Positions 7,272 through 16,360 of a stretch of DNA of 56,778 bases are shown piece after piece. The first letter of the stretch is position 1; each line of letters opens with the position of its first letter. Under the pieces are notes generated by a model. That model made no database searches, was not told the origin of the DNA, and saw only the letters and a program-made list of their open reading frames with translations. The stretch spans positions 1 through 56,778 of the IMG/VR virus record IMGVR_UViG_3300028840_002119. One strand, given 5' to 3'. Source of the DNA: a virus (taxonomy: Duplodnaviria; Caudoviricetes). Both the position numbers and the translations under genes were made by a program.

Positions 7272-8064
7272 GATTTTCCTCCTGTTCTTCGGTCAAGATC
7301 GGCAAACTACGCGCCGAACCACTAACCAGATCGAAGTACGTTGCATAGATGTCCAAGTCCTGACTCAAAATCAGGCGATACAGGTATTGCGAAGCGAAGG
7401 TAGCCACGGCCTGGTTGACCATTAGGCTCTGGGCATCGCGTAGGGTCAACTCCGCGCAACTTTCGGCCATCTTCTCTACAGGGTCATCGACCAGCAACTC
7501 AGGATGTTGGATGGAAGGCAGTGGTAAACCCGAGCAAAAATCCAGCGTGAGTTCTGGTTTTTCGAGATCATACCGATTGCCAAGCAGCACTTGGCCAGCG
7601 TGTTCCGCGTTTCCGCAATCCAGCCACCAGAACTGATATGCTGGCGCGCGACTCGCGATGCTCCTGCGTGCGGCGGCATTGTCCACGCACCCAACGACGA
7701 TGCACAAATCCTTCCCGTTATTGCGATACATCTGCGTGTAGTTTTCAACGCCATCGACGATAGCCTTGATCTGCAAACCGAATGCGGCGTTGTATCTCCG
7801 CATCAGGGTCCACGCCTTTGCCGCACCTATCTCGACGGGTGAGAAATTCTGACGACCGATGTTCTTGTGCTCTACGATGTCAGGGTCAATAAAGGTCAGG
7901 CTTACAGGCAACTGCCGTTGCTCGTGGGCGTGATATGCGAGACGCGCCAGGTGCAGCGCGACGAATGAACCCGTACCCCCACAGCCGACCAGCACGATCT
8001 TGACCTGCTCGATCTCGCCCACCATAATCCTGCGTAGTCTCTGAGTTGTTAGCTTAATCTCCAC
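7264..8064 (-). CDS. ThiF/E1-like protein (PRTRC system)
   Basis: VLVGCGGTGS, IDPDIVEHKNIGRQNF, GCVDNAAAR, WWLDCGN, ESCAE, QSLMVNQ. Confidence 0.92.
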   Translation of the reverse strand: MEIKLTTQRLRRIMVGEIEQVKIVLVGCGGTGSFVALHLARLAYHAHEQRQLPVSLTFIDPDIVEHKNIGRQNFSPVEIGAAKAWTLMRRYNAAFGLQIKAIVDGVENYTQMYRNNGKDLCIVVGCVDNAAARRSIASRAPAYQFWWLDCGNAEHAGQVLLGNRYDLEKPELTLDFCSGLPLPSIQHPELLVDDPVEKMAESCAELTLRDAQSLMVNQAVATFASQYLYRLILSQDLDIYATYFDLVSGSARSLPILTEEQEENRD

Positions 8065-8620
8065 GAATTGCCTCCCCTGAAAGTTCGAGACGTCCGGCCT
8101 CTCCGACCATCATCGCCTTTCCTGCCTCTGCATACATCTTGACCAGTTGCAGGCTCGCCCGTTGCACCGTGGGCATCCGGTCTTGTGGCGGCGTTGCCAG
8201 CATCACCACGGCCAAACGGCCAATTTCATCCAGCGCCCGATAGACATCCTCAGCGATAGACGTAGGCAGCGTCTTAGGCTTGTCTCCATCACCCTCGACG
8301 AAGAACCAGTCGTCAAGTAGATCGTGAGACTTAACACTGAATCCATAGATGTACTTCCCGTTGCGATACCTGACGACTTCCGCGAAGACGTCGGCCAGCG
8401 TGAACATCCCTGCCCGCAACTGCTTGTACGTCCCTGCCCTCTTCGTTTTCAGGTAGCCATCGCCGTCAATCCGACACAGTGACCGGAGCACTGCTTTCAC
8501 GGCCATGCTGAACGGCCCAACCTTTTCGCCCGCGATGTCTCTGCGCGTGTCGATGTTGTCCAAGTGTATCGCGTCCACCTGGCGCCAGCCTTCCCCAAAG
8601 TATTCTTGCACACCCTTCAT
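8054..8620 (-). CDS. Hypothetical protein inserted between the JAB and E1 genes
   Basis: Overlapping start/stop codons with both neighbours. Confidence 0.7.
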   Translation of the reverse strand: MKGVQEYFGEGWRQVDAIHLDNIDTRRDIAGEKVGPFSMAVKAVLRSLCRIDGDGYLKTKRAGTYKQLRAGMFTLADVFAEVVRYRNGKYIYGFSVKSHDLLDDWFFVEGDGDKPKTLPTSIAEDVYRALDEIGRLAVVMLATPPQDRMPTVQRASLQLVKMYAEAGKAMMVGEAGRLELSGEAIRGD

Positions 8621-9222
8621 CGCCTCTTTACCTCCGCGAGTTTTGTCTTACCGAAAAACAACATTTCAAGGGGTACGGTCCAGAAGTCACCATAAACGCC
8701 TACGCGCAACTGTATCTGTGGTCGGGTGAAGATGGTGCCAATCACTCCATACAAGCGGAACCCTACCTCGTCACGATCGTCTATAGGACTGAAATTCGCC
8801 GCGCCGTCGCAGTGGCTATGGATGTCCATGATCACATCCGCGCCACCATCACCGACGCACACAGCATGGGTTTCTCCAACATTCTGACGCGGCCTTACTA
8901 TTCTCGCGTTCAACCCATCCATGCGGATATGGTAAAGCGCCTCTTTCGGAGATGCTGTCGCCACCGATCGAGCATCGTGCAAGATCGAATCGAGCAAGTA
9001 TGCCGGCAATTCCCCTTTCCTCAGTTGGACCTTTGGCCTCAAGAGCGGCAGTCCCACGATCTTACACGTCGCCAGGGGGACGATCGCCAGCAGATAGGCG
9101 TTACGAGCGACCTTGAAAACCCCGTTACCGGCCATCACGTAGTGGTAAGTATGGCCGTCGCCAAAATCCGGCTCATGTCCAGAATGGATGATGTACCCTG
9201 CCGGATTCCTTATCTTCAACAT
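8617..9222 (-). CDS. JAB/MPN metalloprotease (PRTRC protein A-like)
   Basis: YVMAGNGVF; DIHSHCDGAANFSPIDDRDE (HxH...S..D). Confidence 0.9.
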   Translation of the reverse strand: MLKIRNPAGYIIHSGHEPDFGDGHTYHYVMAGNGVFKVARNAYLLAIVPLATCKIVGLPLLRPKVQLRKGELPAYLLDSILHDARSVATASPKEALYHIRMDGLNARIVRPRQNVGETHAVCVGDGGADVIMDIHSHCDGAANFSPIDDRDEVGFRLYGVIGTIFTRPQIQLRVGVYGDFWTVPLEMLFFGKTKLAEVKRR

Positions 9223-9935
9223 ACCTCACCTACCTTCGCCTTCATCAGAAGATCGTCAACCGGATAGGCTTCAGCTCCAGACAAGGCTTGCCATTGCCGG
9301 AGCACGTTGTCAGGATGCGCTCGTGATTTACCATTTGCAAAATCCAGATTGAAGACGCTCTCGAAGAACAGCGCCAGCGCCGCGTGAATCGTCGTGCGAC
9401 TGCACAAAGGCTGGTCAGTGTTTCCCCAACAGATGCGCCCTGTCTCTGCGACGTTGGGCAAGGGCGCGTGAAACAGATCGTCACCCTCAGTCGTCGGGCG
9501 CTTTGCGACGGCCCACAGCCAATAGTCGTACCCCTTACCTGCAAACACCAAACCAGGAAGGACGATATCAAAAACATCAGGGAATCCCTCTGACTTGACA
9601 TTCATTTTGCGTCTCTGCGGGGGCACGTAGATACCGATGGACTCCTCGCCATCCTCGCGCCTGTAGAACAGGCAATCGGCGGGAAGTAGGCCGCTGGTCA
9701 ACGGCAGACCAGAGAACGCCACGGCCAGCGCTTCGGGACTGATCTCGTAAGCACTCACGGCCTCGCCGCGCTCGAACTTCGTCAGGATGATCGTTTCTTC
9801 GTACAAATCAACGCGGCCCTGGATTTTCTGATAGCTCGCGTCTGATAATGCCGCATCGCCATTCAGCGCAATCTCAAGCGCACTATAGGCATCATAAACG
9901 TTTACGTGTTCTGTGTTCGTGTTTTCGTCTGTCAT
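9216..9935 (-). CDS. Prokaryotic E2-like protein (PRTRC protein B-like)
   Basis: LPGLVF, LFHAPLPNV...GRICWGN (catalytic Cys), FFESVFN. Confidence 0.85.
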   Translation of the reverse strand: MTDENTNTEHVNVYDAYSALEIALNGDAALSDASYQKIQGRVDLYEETIILTKFERGEAVSAYEISPEALAVAFSGLPLTSGLLPADCLFYRREDGEESIGIYVPPQRRKMNVKSEGFPDVFDIVLPGLVFAGKGYDYWLWAVAKRPTTEGDDLFHAPLPNVAETGRICWGNTDQPLCSRTTIHAALALFFESVFNLDFANGKSRAHPDNVLRQWQALSGAEAYPVDDLLMKAKVGEVC

Positions 9936-10819
9936 GTCTCTGCACTCTCCAACTTCACTATGTGGTCAGCCATTGGAGCGAGATGGAAGATCGGCCCGAT
10001 CAGCTCCAAGACCTTCATTGTTGCCTGTACTGCATCCTTGCCCTTGAACCAGTCGATGTATGCCTGCAACTGGGCAAGTTTTGGTTTCGCGGCCCGATAG
10101 TCGAGCGCATACATCTCGACGGCCCAAGCGGTCCAGCCATTGCGTGTTTCCCAATCCTCGTATTCGCCATCCCACATCGCGGGAACGTTGTCGATGAAGG
10201 AATTGCCAGAGGCCCGCGTGAAGCACTGATAAGCAACTGCCATCCCATTGAAAGGGACCGGCAGCGCGTTCAACTGCTCGAAGATGCGGCTCTGGTCAGT
10301 CACTACCTTGTACTGCGTGAATCCCTTACGCGCCAGCCACCCCAGGGCATCGTTGTAGCGTTCGTCTGCGTATGCCTGCATGTGCTCGTATTCAGGCTGT
10401 AGCCCAGAGATCGCCGCTGCACCGATCGGTGCGTAGTGGTCTTCGACATGATGCACCGGACACACTTCCCACGGTATACCATAAGACTCAGGCCAGATCG
10501 GAAGCCACAATGCAAACGTCTCGCCTCCCCACACAACTTCGTCATACGCTTCGAGATCAACCGGAAAAAGCTCGTTATGAATCCGGCCTAACAGTTGCAC
10601 CTCTACGTCATACGGCCCACCTGTTGGCTTGCGACTTTCAGGGAAGATTTGACCATACAACCTGCGCGCGTTTCGATATGCGGATAGATACCCATCATCG
10701 ACCGCACCGATCATCGTACTATAGCTCAACAAGCGGTATCTATCGAGCAGCCGCTTGAAGGTGCGTAGTTTCAGAACCCTGGCGGCAGGCGGCTGGGTTT
10801 GGCTGATAATGCCAAGCAT
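9932..10819 (-). CDS. PRTRC-associated helical protein (protein F-like by position)
   Basis: Position between the Ubl and E2 genes; no clear motif. Confidence 0.6.
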   Translation of the reverse strand: MLGIISQTQPPAARVLKLRTFKRLLDRYRLLSYSTMIGAVDDGYLSAYRNARRLYGQIFPESRKPTGGPYDVEVQLLGRIHNELFPVDLEAYDEVVWGGETFALWLPIWPESYGIPWEVCPVHHVEDHYAPIGAAAISGLQPEYEHMQAYADERYNDALGWLARKGFTQYKVVTDQSRIFEQLNALPVPFNGMAVAYQCFTRASGNSFIDNVPAMWDGEYEDWETRNGWTAWAVEMYALDYRAAKPKLAQLQAYIDWFKGKDAVQATMKVLELIGPIFHLAPMADHIVKLESAET

Positions 10820-11010
10820 CGCTCTACGACCTCCCCTGATTTGATGACGTGTGTCGTCAGTTCATTGCTATGCTGTTCGAGTTGTTGTATCACGGCGGCT
10901 AGTTGTGTAGCGTCGTGCTTGAACTTGACCAGCGCCATAAGTTGACTTACAGCCTCCATGTGTAGAGGCTGTAAGTCTTCAAGACGAGCAACTATATCAG
11001 TGCTGTTCAT
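10771..11010 (-). CDS. Hypothetical protein (79 aa)
   Basis: AAGGGGAG SD; coupled to the Ubl gene. Confidence 0.5.
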   Translation of the reverse strand: MNSTDIVARLEDLQPLHMEAVSQLMALVKFKHDATQLAAVIQQLEQHSNELTTHVIKSGEVVERCLALSAKPSRLPPGF

Positions 11011-11197
11011 CGCTCCCCTTCGTAGTCGCTTTCTTAACGAAGGTCACAACATTCAAATCTCCGTCCTTCGACTTCTTCACCGTGGCCGCAGCAACTTCCG
11101 CGAAGTGTGGCGTCAACTGCCGCCGAACCTCTTCTACGGTCAACTCGTCGTTTTCGTCAACGTACTCATAATCCTGATACTTATACTTCGTCGCCAT
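10997..11197 (-). CDS. Prokaryotic ubiquitin-like protein (PRTRC protein C-like)
   Basis: Pattern D...LTVEEVR..L..HFAEVAAATV...VTFVKKATTKG, plus a 5-aa tail. Confidence 0.8.
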   Translation of the reverse strand: MATKYKYQDYEYVDENDELTVEEVRRQLTPHFAEVAAATVKKSKDGDLNVVTFVKKATTKGSDEQH

Positions 11198-11381
11198 CTG
11201 TCTGCACCTCCACTAGTAGTAGAACGTTCACGGACAAGCGTTGCATCTTGCCGTTATCGACGGGCTTTACAAAAGCCGTCTGATAGTCGGTAGAGAAGAA
11301 GCGCACCTGCCCTACCATTTCACCATACCGCACATAGTCACCCACATCGAAGGGAATCCCCAACTCACTCGGCTTCGTCAT
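11181..11381 (-). CDS. Small SH3-like beta protein
   Basis: FDVGDYVRY..MVGQV pattern; overlaps both neighbours. Confidence 0.55.
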   Translation of the reverse strand: MTKPSELGIPFDVGDYVRYGEMVGQVRFFSTDYQTAFVKPVDNGKMQRLSVNVLLLVEVQTDGDEV

Positions 11382-12852
11382 CGTCTGCCGCCTTCGTTCC
11401 CTGCACCAGTTCAGGGAAGTACCCTTCGAGCAATTCTGTCAGCAGCCACTCGATACGATCGAACTTGCCACTCTTGAACGCTGTGGGGCCAGTCTCGCCA
11501 ATCGAACCCTGGACGTCGCGCTCGCGGAGATCAGTACCAGGCATAATCAGCAAGGTTACGCGCACCGGACCAGGGACGTGAGGCTTTGGTGTCGGCGGCG
11601 GGAGTACGATAGTTGGCTTTGCCCGCGTGTGAGCAGACACCTGGACGGTAGCGGCTGGCGGCGTCGTGTCGCCCGTTTGAGCTAGAACCGTGGGTGCGCC
11701 CGCGATCTCTGCTTCCTCGACGGTCTCTTCGGTCTGGAATTCTGTCGGCTCAAGTCCGCCAGCACGCTCGCGGCAGTCAGGGCAGATCGCCTTCATCATC
11801 CGCTCGCTCTGTAACCAGCCCGTTGCCTCGCTCGACGTTGATACCATGTCACGATAGGCCCGATTGCATCCTGAACATTGCGCCCACGCCTGCGGCTTAT
11901 CGACCAGCAGCCAAGTATCGTTCAGCTTGTCGCGTAGCAGCTCATAAGTCTGCTTCGCCTTCTGCGGACCTTGTATCACGATCTTGTGCTTGCGGATTTT
12001 GGCTTGCCGGCAGCGCAGGTCAGTACAACGCCACTCGCGCCCAATCTTGACGTGATCTTTGCAACCTTCACATATCCGCGTGTCCTTCTCACAGGCGTCC
12101 CACTTCGCATCGAAGCCCACGTCGTCAGGGGTCAGGCTATACGTGTTTTCACGGACGTGCCTTGCGACGGCGGCGCTCAATTCCTTCACCGTTCGATACT
12201 GACCAGGGACGCCAGTGCCCAGGATGCTGAGGAAGACTTGCCACTTCTCGTCCATATCGACCAGGGGCAGCAGCGCCCGACCGTGGCGGCCTGTAATATC
12301 GCCATCGCGGATCAGCCCTTGCACCTTCACCGGAAGACGAAGCAAGCGGATAAGATTTGCGACCGCACTCTGCGACAACCCCCACCGTTCACCGATCTTC
12401 GTTTGACTCAACTTAAAGTCGGTGATTGCGCGATCCAGGGCGACGGCCCGTTCGATGTCACTGATACCGTCGCGCTTCTCGTTTTCGGCCCATGCGATGT
12501 CTGCCATATCGCTATCACTCAACATCCGCAGCTCAACCGGAAAAGTCTCGTAATGCGCGTTGCTCTGCGCTATCTCCATGAAGGCCCGCAGACGACGATG
12601 GCCGACACTGATCTGCACCATTGCCTTTTCGTGCGCCCGCAAAAACTCATTCCAGTCTTCGTCTACCCCTGACACGATGATCACTTCGCCGTCAAGGACG
12701 ATTCGAGCGGGAGGCACCTGGATCAGCCCGCTTGTCTCTGGTAAGACTTCGCGCAATTCGAGTATCGCGTCCCTCAACTCGGTTAGGTCGCCATACACCA
12801 TGCGCGTCTGGTAAGGATTGTCTTCAATCCTTTTCAACGGAATTCTAAACAT
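11365..12852 (-). CDS. ParB-family protein 2 with Noc-like HTH and Cys-rich C-terminus (PRTRC ParB)
   Basis: Start MFRIPLKRIEDNPYQTR at 12852 (GAGGTGA SD); VGHRRLRA; ENEKRDGISDIE; GLSQSAVANLIRLLRLP; DITGRHGRAL. Confidence 0.88.
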   Translation of the reverse strand: MFRIPLKRIEDNPYQTRMVYGDLTELRDAILELREVLPETSGLIQVPPARIVLDGEVIIVSGVDEDWNEFLRAHEKAMVQISVGHRRLRAFMEIAQSNAHYETFPVELRMLSDSDMADIAWAENEKRDGISDIERAVALDRAITDFKLSQTKIGERWGLSQSAVANLIRLLRLPVKVQGLIRDGDITGRHGRALLPLVDMDEKWQVFLSILGTGVPGQYRTVKELSAAVARHVRENTYSLTPDDVGFDAKWDACEKDTRICEGCKDHVKIGREWRCTDLRCRQAKIRKHKIVIQGPQKAKQTYELLRDKLNDTWLLVDKPQAWAQCSGCNRAYRDMVSTSSEATGWLQSERMMKAICPDCRERAGGLEPTEFQTEETVEEAEIAGAPTVLAQTGDTTPPAATVQVSAHTRAKPTIVLPPPTPKPHVPGPVRVTLLIMPGTDLRERDVQGSIGETGPTAFKSGKFDRIEWLLTELLEGYFPELVQGTKAADDDEAE

Positions 12853-12870
12853 AGCCCTTTCACCTCGTGT

Positions 12871-12886
12871 TATTTCCTGGGAAATA
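12871..12886. promoter_or_regulatory. Noc/parS-like palindrome 2, directly upstream of the Noc-like parB SD
   Basis: TATTTCCTGGGAAATA. Confidence 0.75.
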
Positions 12887-12956
12887 TTGAAATGCGGGAA
12901 GGTGGCAAAGCTGCCACCCTCCCCATGAAACCGACCTCGGTAGTCGGCCAACACCT

Positions 12957-14150
12957 CTATCCTCGTATCTGTGTAGACAACGCGGCCAGCGCCTTGCTCC
13001 AATCGCCGGACGCCTTTGCCGCCGTTATCTCTGTAGAGACTGGCGGGTGCTTTTCTACATCTGGCGACACCCGTCCGGCCCCCTTCAACTGCCGTACCCG
13101 CGTCCAAAATTCCGTTGGACCTGGCACCGGCTCTTGAACTTCATCGGCCTGCGGAGTGACGCCTTCCGCATCCTCTCGCGGGAAGTAGTTATCCAGATCA
13201 GAGACGTCTTCGATCACCTCGCTTTCTTCATCTGGCGGCGGGTCGATGATGTCAGGCCGCGCCAGCACATTGTCAATCCAGAGCGCGTGTAACTCTACGC
13301 CCTTCATTCCGCTTTCACGGGCAACTTCCTCGTATGCGTTGCGTGCGTGCTGAATCGCCTTGAACTTACCGCGATCAAAGCCCCACTCGATGGCCTCGGC
13401 GTCGTCATTGAACGAAGTCGGGATAGCCTCTTGAAGTGCATCGCGTTCTTCTTCGGTCAGGCCGTCATAAACGGCGTGCTCGATCTTCTCAGGCATATCC
13501 AGCCACGTACCAGAATCGTCCCACAGGATGGGCACTTCCGGAAACGTGCGCCCACGTCGCGCCCATACGACCTTGATACCGCGCACGTCATCGGCACGCT
13601 TGACGATTTGCAGCTTCAAGTTCAAGCAGCGGAGCAAGCGCACCAACTCAGTCTTACTCACCGTCGCGCGCGTTTCCTTCTCGCCCTGACCATCGCGCCC
13701 ATCGTTGAGATGGTAAATCCAGAGTACATCCGTACCCCACCGCGTAACCACATCCTGCAACTGCGCCATCGCGATAGCCTTTGGTGCAAATGCAGCGGCG
13801 AGATTCTTTTCGCGCCCAGTTTTGTGCGCCTGCATCCCTTCGACTACCAGCGGTTTGATGATGGCCGTCAGGCTGTCCGTGACGATTGTCCGCACCCCAC
13901 TCCCTGGCATATTGGCCATGAGCAGTTGGGCGATGCGATCTGTGTCAACGTGGTCGGCGGGATTGTCGCTCAATTCATAGACAAGCGCATCGGTCACATC
14001 GAGCACTTCACGGAAGCGATGATCTGCATCGATCGGCAGAATCGGACTCCGCATCCGCATCGCAAAGGTGGTTTTCCCTCCACCTGGATACCCGACTAAC
14101 CCCCACAAGCGCGGGGGATAGTCGGTCTTCACCATTTTATTGAACGGCAT
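12957..14150 (-). CDS. P-loop NTPase, Sak4/AAA_24-like recombination protein
   Basis: Walker A GYPGGGKTT; Walker B TIVTDSLT. Confidence 0.7.
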   Translation of the reverse strand: MPFNKMVKTDYPPRLWGLVGYPGGGKTTFAMRMRSPILPIDADHRFREVLDVTDALVYELSDNPADHVDTDRIAQLLMANMPGSGVRTIVTDSLTAIIKPLVVEGMQAHKTGREKNLAAAFAPKAIAMAQLQDVVTRWGTDVLWIYHLNDGRDGQGEKETRATVSKTELVRLLRCLNLKLQIVKRADDVRGIKVVWARRGRTFPEVPILWDDSGTWLDMPEKIEHAVYDGLTEEERDALQEAIPTSFNDDAEAIEWGFDRGKFKAIQHARNAYEEVARESGMKGVELHALWIDNVLARPDIIDPPPDEESEVIEDVSDLDNYFPREDAEGVTPQADEVQEPVPGPTEFWTRVRQLKGAGRVSPDVEKHPPVSTEITAAKASGDWSKALAALSTQIRG

Positions 14151-14168
14151 AACTTTCTCCTTCCTCTC

Positions 14169-14600
14169 CTAGAACGGAATGTCACCCAATGGCTCAGGAC
14201 GATCTTCCAGCGCCATCTCCCACGGCGTAAGCGGCCATTCGCCCGCACGCCCAATCTTGACGACATACTTGCCCTGCCAAGCTCCAGGGCCGTAATACTT
14301 CTTCGCCTTGATGTCCACGATCTTGAGATCGTTTTCCAGCATCCACTCACTGATAGATTCTGGATTTGCTGACGGCAAACTACCAGACCAGCCAGTAGGC
14401 TGTTTGGCCTCAAGTAACGACAACTCTTCTTTCCCTAATCCTGCCCACGGCCTCGCAACAAAATCCTCGAATAGCTTCCAGGGCATATAAGTACGCGCCA
14501 CCAGTTGAAATACCGCAACCGGATACTGGCGTTCCTTGCGCCTCCACATCTTTTCTTCTTCAGTCAGTTTTCTTCCCATCGGCAGCCCCCGATACATCAA
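14169..14600 (-). CDS. Hypothetical protein ending in an SSB-like tail (GDIPF)
   Basis: C-terminus EDRPEPLGDIPF. Confidence 0.6.
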   Translation of the reverse strand: MMYRGLPMGRKLTEEEKMWRRKERQYPVAVFQLVARTYMPWKLFEDFVARPWAGLGKEELSLLEAKQPTGWSGSLPSANPESISEWMLENDLKIVDIKAKKYYGPGAWQGKYVVKIGRAGEWPLTPWEMALEDRPEPLGDIPF

Positions 14601-14970
14601 TATGACCTACAACGATTCCAACGGGCGACCACTCACCACGAGCAGCCGCCACGTCTCCCAACTCCGCTAAAGTGGTCGGCACCGGAGCGCCGTACCGGAT
14701 AGGAACATAGCACGTCCCGCGATCGGCAGTCAGCCTCACGCACCGGACTGTGTTCCGTTGAAACGATGCAACGATTGTCCAGTTTGAGGGACATCGGGCA
14801 TCCGTGTTCACTGCGCCATCGACGGCCTGTGCCTGCTCCCAAGTTTCGGGAACAGGCTTACCAGGGGCTAGATACACCCAATAGCAACGATCGCCATCGC
14901 AGAACTCAACGCACCGCTTACCGATGATGACTGGTGGCGTGCAGTCAGTATCAGCGACCTGGATGTTCAT
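14560..14970 (-). CDS. Hypothetical protein with internal duplication
   Basis: RCVEF..RCYWVYLAPGKPVPET resembles RCVRL..TCYVPIRYGAPVPTT. Confidence 0.6.
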   Translation of the reverse strand: MNIQVADTDCTPPVIIGKRCVEFCDGDRCYWVYLAPGKPVPETWEQAQAVDGAVNTDARCPSNWTIVASFQRNTVRCVRLTADRGTCYVPIRYGAPVPTTLAELGDVAAARGEWSPVGIVVGHIDVSGAADGKKTD

Positions 14971-15768
14971 CTAATCACGTTCCATCGGCTGAGAGTAAAG
15001 GAAGCGACCATCGTCGAAGGGGGAGACACACAAGTTACCAGCTAGCCGCCAGCCCTTTTCCATCAGCACCGAGACGACCTCGACCACAACGCCAGGAGAA
15101 GAAGACTCCACAATCTGATAGAACGGCTCTTCCTCTGCATCGGACTCTGTAGCCTCAACTTCAACCGTCTCGGGCATAGCCGCTTCATTAACCGCGTCGG
15201 ATTCCATAACTGCGGCCAGTCCTTCAAGCTCTCCGTAGAGGTCAATGCGCTCATAGGCCAGTGCCACCATCGAAGCCCACTCCTCGCTGTTCGACTTTCG
15301 AGACGTATACAAGTGGGTGACGCCATCATCCTGAACGTGATACCATCCATCTTCGAGATGTCCTTCCGGCTCGTAGATGTCCACCCGATACTTACCCTCG
15401 AAGTCCGTCGCCAGCGCGATAGCCGCAAGTAGGAGAGACTCGAATCTTACGGCAGTATCTTGACCATCTTTCCAGAATCGGAAGCTGGCCCAAAGCAGGG
15501 GCAAGTCCTCGATCTTGAACTGCACCCAGATCTGCCCTCTCTCATGGTCAATGAGCGGAGTTCGATCATAGGCCAACAAGGGCAACAAAGGGTCAGGAAC
15601 GATCGCCTTCAAAGCATCTTGGAACGCTCGAACGCGATCGGCAGCTTCGTCCACTCGCGCCTGTTCTACTGCGGCCTGACGCGCTTCCTCTTGCTGGCGT
15701 GCGTGAGACAACTGCGCCTCTCCCTTCGCCTGCATATCCTCAAGGCTCGTGTAGACCTTCTTCGTCAT
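14971..15768 (-). CDS. Hypothetical protein with C-terminal DUF1737-like domain
   Basis: YQIV...VSVLMEKGWRLAGN...YSQPM pattern. Confidence 0.6.
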   Translation of the reverse strand: MTKKVYTSLEDMQAKGEAQLSHARQQEEARQAAVEQARVDEAADRVRAFQDALKAIVPDPLLPLLAYDRTPLIDHERGQIWVQFKIEDLPLLWASFRFWKDGQDTAVRFESLLLAAIALATDFEGKYRVDIYEPEGHLEDGWYHVQDDGVTHLYTSRKSNSEEWASMVALAYERIDLYGELEGLAAVMESDAVNEAAMPETVEVEATESDAEEEPFYQIVESSSPGVVVEVVSVLMEKGWRLAGNLCVSPFDDGRFLYSQPMERD

Positions 15769-16049
15769 GCCGCCACCGCCAACCGAATCGGGTCATGCAC
15801 CGCGTCCATTCTGCGGGCAATCGCTGAGGCTCGCCCCAATACTTCGGGCGGACCAAAGCGATAGATAAGCTCGCTGAACAACCAGCAGTTGACATTGAGC
15901 GGGAAGACCGTCGGCGGATTGTCCCGATAGAACAACCGTAACCGATCTTCATACTGAGGCAGTAATGCCTCCACCGTCGCGGCGATCTGCTCTTCCGGCC
16001 CGTGAGCAGTAAGCGCCTCTTGCAACAAGGGAACTTCGTCTCTGAACAT
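15765..16049 (-). CDS. First gene of the leftward operon (94 aa)
   Basis: CGGAGGT SD following the leader terminator. Confidence 0.7.
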   Translation of the reverse strand: MFRDEVPLLQEALTAHGPEEQIAATVEALLPQYEDRLRLFYRDNPPTVFPLNVNCWLFSELIYRFGPPEVLGRASAIARRMDAVHDPIRLAVAA

Positions 16050-16074
16050 ACCTTTACCTCCGTTTTGAATTATG

Positions 16075-16106
16075 AAAAAACCCCCGCCGATGATTTTGCG
16101 AGGGTT
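16075..16106 (-). terminator. Attenuator terminator in the leftward leader
   Basis: AACCCTCGC-loop-GCGGGGGTT followed by TTTT. Confidence 0.7.
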
Positions 16107-16123
16107 GAATAAGATGTTACAAT
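16096..16123 (+). promoter_or_regulatory. Promoter for the small antisense RNA
   Basis: TTGCGA-16 bp-TACAAT with extended -10 TGT. Confidence 0.65.
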
Positions 16124-16129
16124 GATCTT

Positions 16130-16201
16130 ACCTACACCCGCCTATCTCGGTTGTGGGGAAAGTCACGATTAGGTTGCCGGACCTGATCGTGACTGTTTTT
16201 T
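16130..16201 (+). ncRNA. Predicted ~70-nt regulatory small RNA (two hairpins)
   Basis: Hairpin 1 with loop CCUAUCU; terminator AGTCACGATTAGGT-tgccgg-ACCTGATCGTGACT-G-T6; 16138-16150 is the exact reverse complement of 16424-16436. Confidence 0.72.
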
Positions 16202-16234
16202 CTGTTAAAGTTATTACGTAAGGGTACTACCTAT

Positions 16235-16263
16235 ATTATAGCATGGGTCACATTTCGTGTCAA
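16235..16263 (-). promoter_or_regulatory. Leftward promoter PL (perfect consensus)
   Basis: TTGACA-17 bp-TATAAT with TGC extension. Confidence 0.88.
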
Positions 16264-16279
16264 TAGAATGTATGTTCTA
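16264..16279. promoter_or_regulatory. LexA-like operator abutting the PL -35
   Basis: TAGAAT-GTAT-GTTCTA, one mismatch from AGAAC-N4-GTTCT. Confidence 0.55.
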
Positions 16280-16331
16280 TAAAAAGCGCGATCCAGGCAT
16301 GGCCTTTTCGAGATGACTTTTCGCGAAATGC

Positions 16332-16360
16332 TTGACAACGCTTCTGTTTTCCTGTAGAAT
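16332..16360 (+). promoter_or_regulatory. Rightward promoter PR
   Basis: TTGACA-17 bp-TAGAAT. Confidence 0.85.

Noticed and set aside
12853-13107. N-terminal extension of the 580-aa ParB ORF
   Set aside because: It overlaps the upstream gene, hairpins and the palindrome; the SD supports a start at 12852.
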